Positions 1 through 8,042 of a stretch of DNA of 64,000 nt are shown in pieces; within the stretch, counting starts at the first letter, position 1; each line of letters opens with the position of its first letter. Origin of the DNA: Patescibacteria group bacterium (GTDB taxonomy: Bacteria > Patescibacteriota > Microgenomatia > Levybacterales > UBA12049). Location of the stretch: NCBI GenBank assembly GCA_038064195.1, contig JBBTTO010000003.1:178428-242427 (forward strand), written 5' to 3'. Position numbers and translations under genes: made by a program. The notes under the pieces are model-generated. The model saw only the letters and a list, made by a program, of their open reading frames with translations. It did not search any database and was not told the DNA's origin.

Positions 1-726
1 GGCAAGGGTAGCATCGGTCGGACTGCTGGGTGCAGTATAGGAGATAGCTCCGACTGACGTAGGTGAGCCCCATGACGTACCATCACTGCTGGCACAGAAG
101 CTGAAGACGGTCTGGGCCGGGTTTTGTGAAGTAGCGACATAGCGACGAAGTAACATCCCGCCTGCGGTATCGATCTCAGTAAATGGCGTCTTGCGGAGAT
201 CCTGCATCGGCCCCTCAGGCACGCTTCCTTCAAAAATACAGCCGTTGCCTCCCATAGCTGCTTGATAAATTTTGATCTGATAATTACCTTTGGTCAATAT
301 ATAGTTATCAATAATGGCGGTGTGGGTCGTTGCGGGTGTCCAGGTCAGAGGGTATTGAATCGTATACGTATTGAATGAGACACCGTTCAATTTAGTACTG
401 GTGAACGTTGCCCAGTCGGCTTTGGTCTGAGCTGAGGGCGAGGAAGGAGCCGTGGTCGGAGTTGCGACTTCGACTGTCGGAGTAGGGATCTGAGCCGGGG
501 AGGGAGTCGGGATGGGGGCAGCTTGCTGAGCTTTCAGATACATAAAGCCGCCCAGAGCAGCGATAATGACTACTACTGCAACTATAACCAGTATCATCAT
601 TTTGCTTTTGGGAGACGGGGGCATGGGTGGTGCCGGAGGAACCGGCTGTGAGGGAGGTGGTGTAGCTTGCGCCGATTGTGGCGGAGTTACCACAGGCGGC
701 TGATTAGTAGGGGCTGCTGGATCCAT
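1..726 (-). CDS. Pro-rich, single-pass membrane-anchored hypothetical protein (3' end runs off the window)
   Basis: Open minus-strand frame from ATG (rc at 724-726) to the window edge with no stop. Translation begins MDPAAPTNQPP...PPAPPMPPSPKSKMMILVIVAVVVIIAALGG (Pro-rich N-terminus followed by a TM helix). It is a paralog of CDS 31641-32441. Confidence 0.5.
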   Translation of the reverse strand, partial: MDPAAPTNQPPVVTPPQSAQATPPPSQPVPPAPPMPPSPKSKMMILVIVAVVVIIAALGGFMYLKAQQAAPIPTPSPAQIPTPTVEVATPTTAPSSPSAQTKADWATFTSTKLNGVSFNTYTIQYPLTWTPATTHTAIIDNYILTKGNYQIKIYQAAMGGNGCIFEGSVPEGPMQDLRKTPFTEIDTAGGMLLRRYVATSQNPAQTVFSFCASSDGTSWGSPTSVGAISYTAPSSPTDATLA

Positions 727-775
727 AGATCCAGTATTTCAAGTCAGAAAGAATAAGTCAAGCTTATTCCAACTG

Positions 776-1039
776 TTATTTTCTCTCAACGGTGATGGAG
801 CACTCGGTGACGAGGGCGGCGATAGCGCCTATTGCTGCAAGCGCGGGTGCGATCAAAGCTCCAGCCACGCCGATAGTGAGTGGGAATTCGACGATAGTCT
901 TGCCTTTTTTATCTTTAATGGTAATTCGGCGGATATTGCCTTCGTGAAGTAATTCTTTTACTTTCTTTAATAATTCTTCACCACTGACTTTGAATGTTTC
1001 AGTTTTTGGTCCGGTTTTTTTAGTAGCCATTGATATCAC
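776..1039 (-). CDS. DUF4342-like small protein
   Basis: 87 aa. The pattern FKVSGEELLKKVKELLHEGNIRRITIKDKKGKTIVEFPLTIGV plus a C-terminal hydrophobic helix matches the DUF4342 layout from memory. Confidence 0.5.
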   Translation of the reverse strand: MISMATKKTGPKTETFKVSGEELLKKVKELLHEGNIRRITIKDKKGKTIVEFPLTIGVAGALIAPALAAIGAIAALVTECSITVERK

Positions 1040-1172
1040 CTCCTCTCAAGTATGTCATCCTGAACTTGATTCAGGATCTACTGAGATGCTGAAATAAATT
1101 CAGCATGACAAAGAATTGAATTATAAAATATAATAAATTTTTGTGATGTGAGAAAGATCACGTTGGGATGTC

Positions 1173-1200
1173 CTGGGAGCGCGCAGCTGCGCGCTCCCAG
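1173..1200. terminator. 28-bp perfect palindrome (ctgggagcgcgcagctgcgcgctcccag) downstream of the SDR gene
   Basis: Perfect inverted repeat read directly. It lies between two minus-strand genes. There is no clear U-tract, so it may be a factor-dependent terminator or a protein-binding site. Confidence 0.4.
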
Positions 1201-1226
1201 AAACGAATCCTCTAGCCAAGTTAAGG

Positions 1227-2000
1227 TTAGCCCATCCAGAGTCCACCGTTGACGTCGATCACAGCTCCAGTGATGAAGCTTGCGTCGTCAGACAGCAGGA
1301 ACGCGACCACTCCGGCTACTTCTTCTGGTGTTCCCATCCTTCCGAGGACGGTGCCATTGATGAAGAAGTCCTGCACTTCTTGAGGCAGAACGCCGGTCAT
1401 GTCGGTCTTGATGAAGCCTGGCGCCACCGCATTCACTGTGATCGGGCGTTTGAGGGAGCCGTACTCCCGGGCGAGCGCCCGAGTCAAGGTGATGAGACCG
1501 CCTTTCGCCGCGGCGTAGTTGGCCTGCATCTTTTGGCCGGTCCGTCCGACGATCGATGCGATGTTGACGACACGGCCAGAACGCTGGCTTGACATGATCG
1601 GTAGCGCGGCCTGCGAACAGAGGAAGGGACCGCGAAGGTTGGTGTTGATGACGTCGTCCCAGTTCTCGATCGGCATTTTGGCAGTGGGGCCGTCACGTGT
1701 GATGCCCGCGTTGTTGACGAGGGCGTCGATACGCTTGGCAAACTCCAGCGTATCGTCGATGAGACGTTTCGCGCCTTCCGACGTCGAGACATCTGCTTTG
1801 ACAAGATGGGGAATGCGTTCGCGGACTGCGCCGATTTCGAGCTTGGCGCTCTCGGCGACTGCGTCATCTCCGTGGTAGTTGACGATGAGCTCGTAACCGT
1901 CGGCGCTGAGGCGTTTGGCAATAGCCAAGCCAATTCCTTTTGTGCCTCCTGTTATGATGGCAACTTTTCCTTCTCCGGGTAACTTATTGTCGGTTCCCAT
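1227..2000 (-). CDS. SDR-family oxidoreductase, 3-oxoacyl-ACP reductase (FabG)-like
   Basis: Has the Rossmann TGGTKGIGLAIA motif, NNAG, and the catalytic S...YxxxK (NYAAAKGG). Markedly GC-rich relative to its flanks. Confidence 0.8.
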   Translation of the reverse strand: MGTDNKLPGEGKVAIITGGTKGIGLAIAKRLSADGYELIVNYHGDDAVAESAKLEIGAVRERIPHLVKADVSTSEGAKRLIDDTLEFAKRIDALVNNAGITRDGPTAKMPIENWDDVINTNLRGPFLCSQAALPIMSSQRSGRVVNIASIVGRTGQKMQANYAAAKGGLITLTRALAREYGSLKRPITVNAVAPGFIKTDMTGVLPQEVQDFFINGTVLGRMGTPEEVAGVVAFLLSDDASFITGAVIDVNGGLWMG

Positions 2001-2215
2001 GTCGTGGAGCTCCTTTCGAGCATGTTACTACGGAACGCCGGTGAGGCCGTCTAGTATTTCTAGACTGGCTCATGAGCGTTCCGTATTTGATGGGCTAAGT
2101 TATAAATGAGCTAGAGAATTAAAAGAACATTTGAACATCTGAAAACGCTTAAGTTTTCGTCTATTACAAACGCTTGAGGGAATTATACCTGAAGCTTATA
2201 ATATTTAGCAAAGAT

Positions 2216-3202
2216 CTAGCCGCGGATGATGAGGGAGAGGAGGTGGCGGGCGTAATTTTTCTTTGCATCAGTAATACGTACAACGACCATCCCGAGGTTT
2301 ATCTGTCCATAGATCACCAGTGCACCAAGGGGGGCAAGCATGATGGAGGGAAGTGCCAGTAAGTCCTCCTCACCATCAACGAACATGACCTGGGGGATGA
2401 TATTTTCGATGGCTTTTACTAAAAGCGGACCGAAGTCTTTGTTAATCGTGCCCGCGGGATTACTGATAGTGTAATCGGCTTGCGGAAAGTAAATATCGAG
2501 TTCTTTGGTATCCATAGGTTCCCGATGCGTCATTTTATCCAGAATTGAAAGAGTAACCGGGATGCCTGTCTTGCGGAGTGCAAGTGAGACGATATCGCCA
2601 ATAGTAATAATGGTAGTGTCATCGGTGATTTGTGCCTTGATCGTCTCAATATCGCGGGTGACTTCACCCACAGGCTGCTTGAGCATTTCACGGAGATTCT
2701 CAGGCAGAATATACTCAGGGCTGTCCACGAAAAATTTGAGATAGGAAGTCCCTTCCTGGTCTATGATTCCCTGGCGTATTCTCTCAGAGCTGACGGGCTC
2801 ACCGTCATCTGCTTTAACGAAAGGGACGACCACGATCTGCATTTCCGGAAGCTGACGATTTTTACGTTCGGTATTGATTTTCTTCGCGGTCTCTTCGGTG
2901 GCGGGACTGACGATGATCACATCGATACTCGGGTCAGTGAGTGTGGTGCCGTATTGATCTGTGATAGGAATGAGTGTAGTGCGGTCAAGAAGTTGATGAA
3001 TAGCCAGATAATTCTTCAGGGTCTGCTCACGGGTAGCGTAGTCCTCTATGACCTCAGCATAGTCTTTGTCCTGATACAATTCACTCTCGGCAATACCGAT
3101 CGTCACTCGTTCGGCACGCATGAAAGCATGGGCGAGAAGCATATGATGGCCCGGGTGGAGACGATCAAACGTCCCACCGATGATAGCATGTTGGGCAGGC
3201 AT
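2216..3202 (-). CDS. Fusion of archaeal/eukaryotic-type phosphopantetheine adenylyltransferase (N-terminal) with a DUF359-like domain (GTP-dependent dephospho-CoA kinase family; C-terminal)
   Basis: N-terminus GGTFDRLHPGHHMLL is the cytidylyltransferase H-x-G-H signature. The C-terminal half has ITIGDIV, VDGEEDLLALP and VIYGQ-N-GMVVV, which are reminiscent of DUF359. Confidence 0.55.
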   Translation of the reverse strand: MPAQHAIIGGTFDRLHPGHHMLLAHAFMRAERVTIGIAESELYQDKDYAEVIEDYATREQTLKNYLAIHQLLDRTTLIPITDQYGTTLTDPSIDVIIVSPATEETAKKINTERKNRQLPEMQIVVVPFVKADDGEPVSSERIRQGIIDQEGTSYLKFFVDSPEYILPENLREMLKQPVGEVTRDIETIKAQITDDTTIITIGDIVSLALRKTGIPVTLSILDKMTHREPMDTKELDIYFPQADYTISNPAGTINKDFGPLLVKAIENIIPQVMFVDGEEDLLALPSIMLAPLGALVIYGQINLGMVVVRITDAKKNYARHLLSLIIRG

Positions 3203-3322
3203 AAAGATATTGTAAAGAATTCAGAACCAATCGTCTACTCTGTTTGTTTGACTAACAGTGCCGACAAGCCTATAATACAGGCTTATTGTTCTTTAAAATA
3301 TTTTGGAAAGAGTAACTTCACA

Positions 3323-3357
3323 GTAAGTAGTACGTAGTTGGTAGTAAGTAGCAAGCC
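3323..3357. repeat. Degenerate tandem heptamer array (agtaagt agtacgt agttggt agtaagt agcaagc)
   Basis: Five contiguous 7-nt units read directly. It belongs to the same kind of array seen before other genes in this window. Confidence 0.6.
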
Positions 3358-3544
3358 ACATATGCGTGGATTTCATGCTTAGTATCTCGGTATTATTTGT
3401 TCTGAAGTCGCCTCTTTCCAATTCACATCATTTTTGGTAGGCGGCTTAGTGTTTGTATTTTTTATAAACAGTGAGCCGTCTATCACGTCTTGTGGTGACG
3501 TCGTCCCACCGGGAAACCGGTATATTTAAGCAGGAGGCCATGAT

Positions 3545-4249
3545 ATGGGAGAACCAACCGAACAAAAGGAAGAAGAAAAAGAGACCATTGCGCTGGGGAT
3601 TACGGCTCTTGGTCGTCTTGAGTACGCTGGAGACGCACTCCTCGCACGGGAGTTTTTTGAGAATGGTAGGATGCCCTTCGGGCTCCCATCAGTCGGCGAA
3701 GAGGCATCCGCCGTGTTGGCAACAACTGCCAACCTGGTAGCGCGATTGTTGTCTGAAGAGGCGTTGGTGGCAGAAGAGCTTGAGTCTCTTGGGCCGCCGC
3801 GTACTTTTCGCGGGACACCCCGGCTGACTCGGGGAGTCTACCTAGTCGCTCACCCGATCTTTATCAACATCCAAGAGCCTATTCTTAAAGATCTCGTCAA
3901 GGTACTACGGGATCTTCTGAGAAGGTTTCGGGTGATGGGGCCGCTACGAGTCGAGGTAGACGCGCTCGATCAGCTCACAGGAGTAGTCTACGCGGCTCAG
4001 GACGCCTGGGATGAGAAACGATTAACTCGTACTCTCAGGAGTAACTCTCCTCAAAGTCTGCTATCTCGATTGGAGGAACAGCCTGATCGGCCTCCGTCCA
4101 ACCGGCGAAGTGGTCTGGAACTGCGAGCCATTACCAGGATACTCCTGGACTACGAAAGGGTAGCCCCGGTTATTTTCGACACAATGTTTGGTGACGACGA
4201 AGAGATCAGTCCTGAGGGACCGGTGCTTGCCGAAGACGATTCGGAATGA
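3545..4249 (+). CDS. Hypothetical protein (acidic C-terminus)
   Basis: 234-aa ORF in a high-GC patch. No domain recognised. Confidence 0.4.
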   Translation: MGEPTEQKEEEKETIALGITALGRLEYAGDALLAREFFENGRMPFGLPSVGEEASAVLATTANLVARLLSEEALVAEELESLGPPRTFRGTPRLTRGVYLVAHPIFINIQEPILKDLVKVLRDLLRRFRVMGPLRVEVDALDQLTGVVYAAQDAWDEKRLTRTLRSNSPQSLLSRLEEQPDRPPSNRRSGLELRAITRILLDYERVAPVIFDTMFGDDEEISPEGPVLAEDDSE

Positions 4250-4353
4250 TGTGACCCGCTCGGCGGGTGAGGCGAGATGTGAGGGGTGAGGAGCGTAAGC
4301 TCCGAGCCCCTTTTTTCGTGCTTATGAATTGTGTTCAGAGGAGTCACCCCGCA

Positions 4354-4956
4354 TCACCTTGTAGGGCGGGGAGACACCTCTTCAAGCTTTAATTTTGGCC
4401 ATTTGGAAAGCCAGTTTTTCTCCTTTACTCTTCTTGTGAATAGCTCTGGATTATGGGCGTATTTTGTCGCGTAGTTTGGGATTTTTCGCAGTTTGAGTCC
4501 TACCAGATCCTCAATCCCATGTGGAGCACTTAAGATTAGTTTATTGTTTATCAAACTTACTCCGACACAAGTTGCAGTCTCGCTCCAGTCAGCCAGTGCT
4601 TCAGTTGAAGTTTTATATGGTTTGGTGTGGTGCGGGATGTGCATCCGGGCCTGGTTGGTCACCGACCATTCAGTATCGGGTATGAGTTGTTTTAATCTCT
4701 TCTGATAGCCATCCTCAACAGGAGTGCTATAGGTATACAGATTCTCAGGGAGAAAGTCAGAAAGGTCAAAATAGATGACATCAATATCAGGTAGAGGAGT
4801 TCGGGCTTGATAATTATGTAAAACATCCCAGACTTTACTCCTGACAAAGCCTGCGCCGATCCACCAGTCAGGCAAATTTAAGGTTTGGACTGCCTTCAAA
4901 ACTCCCATCATCCAGGGATCTTTTTCGATGAGTTTAAGCAGGGCTGATTCGTCCAC
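4354..4956 (-). CDS. Nucleotidyltransferase-family protein (PF06042-like)
   Basis: 200 aa. WWIGAGFVRSKVWDVLH...DIDVIYFD resembles the uncharacterised bacterial nucleotidyltransferase family. Confidence 0.45.
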   Translation of the reverse strand: MDESALLKLIEKDPWMMGVLKAVQTLNLPDWWIGAGFVRSKVWDVLHNYQARTPLPDIDVIYFDLSDFLPENLYTYSTPVEDGYQKRLKQLIPDTEWSVTNQARMHIPHHTKPYKTSTEALADWSETATCVGVSLINNKLILSAPHGIEDLVGLKLRKIPNYATKYAHNPELFTRRVKEKNWLSKWPKLKLEEVSPRPTR

Positions 4957-4971
4957 GGAGAAAGTATAACA

Positions 4972-5430
4972 TTATGGAGTTTTCTTTTTTCGAAGGAGAA
5001 CTAAAGAGAGGATAAAGACAGTCAGCATATTGATCTGACAAAGGACACAGACAGGACAGATGACATGGAGCTGAAAGAGTTCACGATAGGCGATGTAGAG
5101 ACAAAAGATGAGGCCGAAAGTGGCCATGCCCAGAAGTAATTTTGTCTTTTTGTATGTCGCGGCCAGAAAGATCACGATATAGCCGATGAGGCCGTAAATG
5201 GGTGTGGGAACACCTAATGTTTTGGCGACTTCGCCTTTAATGATGGCGTCGCAGTTGACCAGACTATTGATGGAGCACAAAGTACGAGTAGGTTGCTCCC
5301 ACTGTTCGTAGAGCAGGTAGAGGGCAAGGATTATACCGACGATCGCAAGTGCGCGGATGGTAAAGAAGATTTTGTCGACCATAGAATAATTATCAGGAGT
5401 TGGAGGAGAGCCGGCAGTGATTTGGATCAC
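4972..5430 (-). CDS. Vitamin K epoxide reductase (VKOR) family membrane protein
   Basis: Polytopic membrane protein with CSINSLVNC and a CPVC redox pair, as in VKOR. The true start may be the internal MVDK at about 5382. Confidence 0.65.
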   Translation of the reverse strand: MIQITAGSPPTPDNYSMVDKIFFTIRALAIVGIILALYLLYEQWEQPTRTLCSINSLVNCDAIIKGEVAKTLGVPTPIYGLIGYIVIFLAATYKKTKLLLGMATFGLIFCLYIAYRELFQLHVICPVCVLCQINMLTVFILSLVLLRKKKTP

Positions 5431-5794
5431 TCAGGTGTATAATAGTCATATGGAAGATCATGAATCAGAAGGAAGTTTGGGAAAAGGTCAGTCAAAACCG
5501 ACTATTGGCGATCTGACGTTGCAAAAAGCTATAGAGCTGGGTGAATACAGTCCTGATTTTTTAGGTCAGTTCCCGGAGTGGCATCAGCTTAGCCGGCATA
5601 TTCAGTTTGAGTATATCCGTACGGCTCTGGACAATCGTAATCGTCAACTCGTTAAGCAATGGGCCGAGATCGTCAATGTTTTGGATTTCAGTAAAAAACC
5701 GCATTTAAAAAATGCGTTAAGTAATATTGAAAATCAGCTTGAAGTTCTCAAACAAGATCGCGAAGATCTCTATGTGGAATATTCCGCCGCCTAA
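5417..5794 (+). CDS. Hypothetical protein
   Basis: 125-aa ORF with no recognised domain. The start is uncertain (alternative MEDHESEG). Confidence 0.3.
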   Translation: MIWITQVYNSHMEDHESEGSLGKGQSKPTIGDLTLQKAIELGEYSPDFLGQFPEWHQLSRHIQFEYIRTALDNRNRQLVKQWAEIVNVLDFSKKPHLKNALSNIENQLEVLKQDREDLYVEYSAA

Positions 5795-5888
5795 TTTTCA
5801 TAGAATGAGGAGAGGTGAAAGGCCCGGTCGCCTCAGCCAAAAGAGGCCAAGGCGAGGCCGGGTGCCTCTCGCGAAAAGATGTGGGGAA

Positions 5889-6341
5889 TTAGGACTGTGG
5901 TACGGTGACGACATCGATACTGGTCCCGAGATCTTGATGTGATCTGGTAAAGCGATAATCGTTAAATTCGAACCATCCCCCCGATGGGTTGTACCCGAAC
6001 GAACCGCTACCTTCCATCGTCTGACATCGCCAGAAATAGACGGCGAGATTGGGATTCCATGTGACGGTGACTTCATGGAATTGTTCCCAAGATCCACGTC
6101 GATAGTACAGCACCGTCATTGTGTCAGGGTCGGGGACCACGATGACTTCCCCATGGTTGGCTCGCTGGTAGATACGTGCACGCCCTGAGAGATTGACGGC
6201 ATATGTCGAAACAGAGGCCGTACGTTTTTTTGCCATGAGAGCCTCCAGTGCGTTGTTTCGTATTAACACCACCCAAAATAGATGGCGCTCTGAGTACCAA
6301 GACGGATACTCATAGGGCCATCTACTATATATTCCACACAT
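5889..6341 (-). CDS. Hypothetical protein
   Basis: 150-aa ORF that is GC-rich. An alternative start MAKKRT at 6236 is plausible. Confidence 0.3.
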   Translation of the reverse strand: MCGIYSRWPYEYPSWYSERHLFWVVLIRNNALEALMAKKRTASVSTYAVNLSGRARIYQRANHGEVIVVPDPDTMTVLYYRRGSWEQFHEVTVTWNPNLAVYFWRCQTMEGSGSFGYNPSGGWFEFNDYRFTRSHQDLGTSIDVVTVPQS

Positions 6342-6608
6342 TCTTAAAGAGCGAGAAGAAAAAAAGCTCCGCAGCAGTCAGAAAGCCAGAAATGACTTAG
6401 GACCATTGAGAAGCAGAGTTGTATTATAATCTTTTTGAAGCAAAAATAAAACTTATGGGACTGGTCAAGGTTAAATACTCATAGTAAATGGTCAATTGTT
6501 TGTGCTATAAACGAAAGTATACCCTTCTCGCTCAGTTTTGCAAACAATTTTAGCAAAGCTGAGCTCAGGGCATTATACAGAATTTGTAAACTTAAGCGTA
6601 AGGAGTAT

Positions 6609-7025
6609 ATGTTGCAGGGATTTAAGAAATTTATTTTACGGGGCAATGTCGTTGATCTGGCTGTCGGTATCGTCGTCGGAGCAGCTTTTAACAACACGAT
6701 CCAAGCATTTGTCAAAGGTGTGTTCACACCATTTCTCGGGATAGCCGGTGGAATCCCTGATTTTTCCAGTCTGACTTTCAAAGTTAATGGATCGGTATTT
6801 CTTTTTGGGGAGTTTTTTAACTCATTGCTCTCATTTCTCATCGTGGCCACAGTTATCTATTTTTTCGTCGTGGTGCCAGTGAACAAACTCAAAGATCTGG
6901 CGATGAGCGGGAAGAATGAAGACCCTTCAAGTAAGCATTGTCCTTTTTGTTACTCAGATATCCCTTTTAAGGCGACTCGTTGCCCCAACTGTACCTCCCA
7001 GCTCCGTGAAGAGAAAAAGAAATAA
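6609..7025 (+). CDS. mscL: Large-conductance mechanosensitive channel MscL with a C-terminal Cys4 zinc-ribbon extension
   Basis: N-terminus FKKFILRGNVVDLAVGIVVGAAF is the MscL signature. The C-terminus has CPFC-x13-CPNC. An AAGGAG RBS lies upstream. Confidence 0.85.
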   Translation: MLQGFKKFILRGNVVDLAVGIVVGAAFNNTIQAFVKGVFTPFLGIAGGIPDFSSLTFKVNGSVFLFGEFFNSLLSFLIVATVIYFFVVVPVNKLKDLAMSGKNEDPSSKHCPFCYSDIPFKATRCPNCTSQLREEKKK

Positions 7026-7034
7026 GATTTCTCT

Positions 7035-7058
7035 GTACTTTTGCGCCGCCAAAAGTAC
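7035..7058 (+). terminator. Hairpin gtacttttg-cgccgc-caaaagtac after mscL
   Basis: 9-bp perfect stem read directly, 10 nt after the stop. No strong U-tract follows. Confidence 0.4.
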
Positions 7059-7317
7059 CAAAAGCTCTCGCCCTAGTCTCCCTCAATGCAGAAAATTGTG
7101 ACTCATTCACTAAAAGTTTGTGCTATTGACTTGCAACTTTTACCTGAGGGTCGCTCATTCATCCCAATTTTCTAGGCTTTCGGCACGAGCGGGCGATCTG
7201 GGAGACGGCGTTTATATCTGTATGAATGGTAAGACTTTTAGTCCTGATGAGGCTGCGAAAAATGTTGGCGAAGGCAAATTTATTCTATCTTTGATGATTT
7301 ACAGTAAGTCATTGAGA

Positions 7318-7614
7318 TTAGGCAGGTAGGCCAAGATGGGCTTCGATGCGAGTAACTCTTTTTCGAGTTTTCATATTATCTTTATCGAGATAGTTAACCA
7401 CTTCTTTTATTTCATTTTTTAATTCCTTGTGGTTTTTGTTCATTCTGATTTCAAGATTTTTGACGCGATCCTTTACCACATCAATTTCATTCTGGAACGT
7501 CATCTTTATAAGAGTTAATTGTCCTCCTAAATCATCTCGTGTAGTTTGAGACTCAGTCTCTACTTCTTCGCGAACAACGTTGCGAATAAGATCTATATCG
7601 GATTTTGTTAGCAT
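7318..7614 (-). CDS. Hypothetical coiled-coil protein
   Basis: 98-aa ORF, charged and helical by composition. Confidence 0.35.
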   Translation of the reverse strand: MLTKSDIDLIRNVVREEVETESQTTRDDLGGQLTLIKMTFQNEIDVVKDRVKNLEIRMNKNHKELKNEIKEVVNYLDKDNMKTRKRVTRIEAHLGLPA

Positions 7615-7679
7615 GGTTTAACTATAAAGTTTGAAAAGTGCTTTTGCAAGATTATTAAAAAGAACAAAAGAGGTCAAAA

Positions 7680-7982
7680 CTATTTTCGTTTTTTACCCTT
7701 GCCCCGCTTTGGTCGAGTCGAAGTGGGCCATCTCCAGGAGGCTTTTTCGCCTCTGTGGTAGGAGATGAGGACGAGGATGGAGGTAAGGACTGCGGTGAGG
7801 AAGAAAAATATGACAGTTGAGACAGTTTGATTAAAGAGCGGATCTCGTAGTCTCTCTGAATAAATAAAAGCCAGTTTGATTTCCAGTATTAAATAGATAG
7901 CAAGCGTCAACCAGCCTTGCCAGGTGGCCGGATACCAACCGAAACTTATTTTTTTTGCTTTGGACCACTTTTTTTGTGCCAT
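7680..7982 (-). CDS. Small membrane protein with a basic C-terminal tail
   Basis: Two hydrophobic helices. Ends RPKRGKGKKRK. Confidence 0.4.
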   Translation of the reverse strand: MAQKKWSKAKKISFGWYPATWQGWLTLAIYLILEIKLAFIYSERLRDPLFNQTVSTVIFFFLTAVLTSILVLISYHRGEKASWRWPTSTRPKRGKGKKRK

Positions 7983-7994
7983 AACGTTAGTATA

Positions 7995-8025
7995 GCAGTT
8001 AGCAGTTAGCAGTTAGCAGTTAGCA
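7995..8025. repeat. Tandem heptamer (gcagtta) x4.4 immediately upstream of the CDF transporter promoter
   Basis: Read directly: agcagtt agcagtt agcagtt agcagtt agca. Confidence 0.9.
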
Positions 8026-8030
8026 TAGGG

Positions 8031-8036
8031 TATAAT
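8031..8036 (+). promoter_or_regulatory. -10 TATAAT box 6 nt upstream of a GTG start (leaderless-type promoter)
   Basis: tagggTATAATagtaacGTG. No room for an SD sequence. Confidence 0.5.
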
Positions 8037-8042
8037 AGTAAC

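Noticed and set aside
1380-1933. ORFs 1380-1592(+), 1484-1933(-) and 1519-1878(+) inside the SDR gene
   Set aside because: They are alternative-frame or antisense ORFs. Such ORFs are expected in GC-rich coding sequence. The SDR frame has full motif support.
2630-3337. 235-aa plus-strand ORF antisense to the PPAT-DUF359 gene
   Set aside because: It fully overlaps a well-supported minus-strand gene. It has no motifs and a Cys/His-poor, Leu/Arg-rich antisense composition.
7995-8025. Tandem heptamer arrays considered as possible CRISPR or minisatellite arrays
   Set aside because: The units are only 7 nt with no spacers. There are no cas genes. I therefore called them promoter-proximal simple-sequence repeats.
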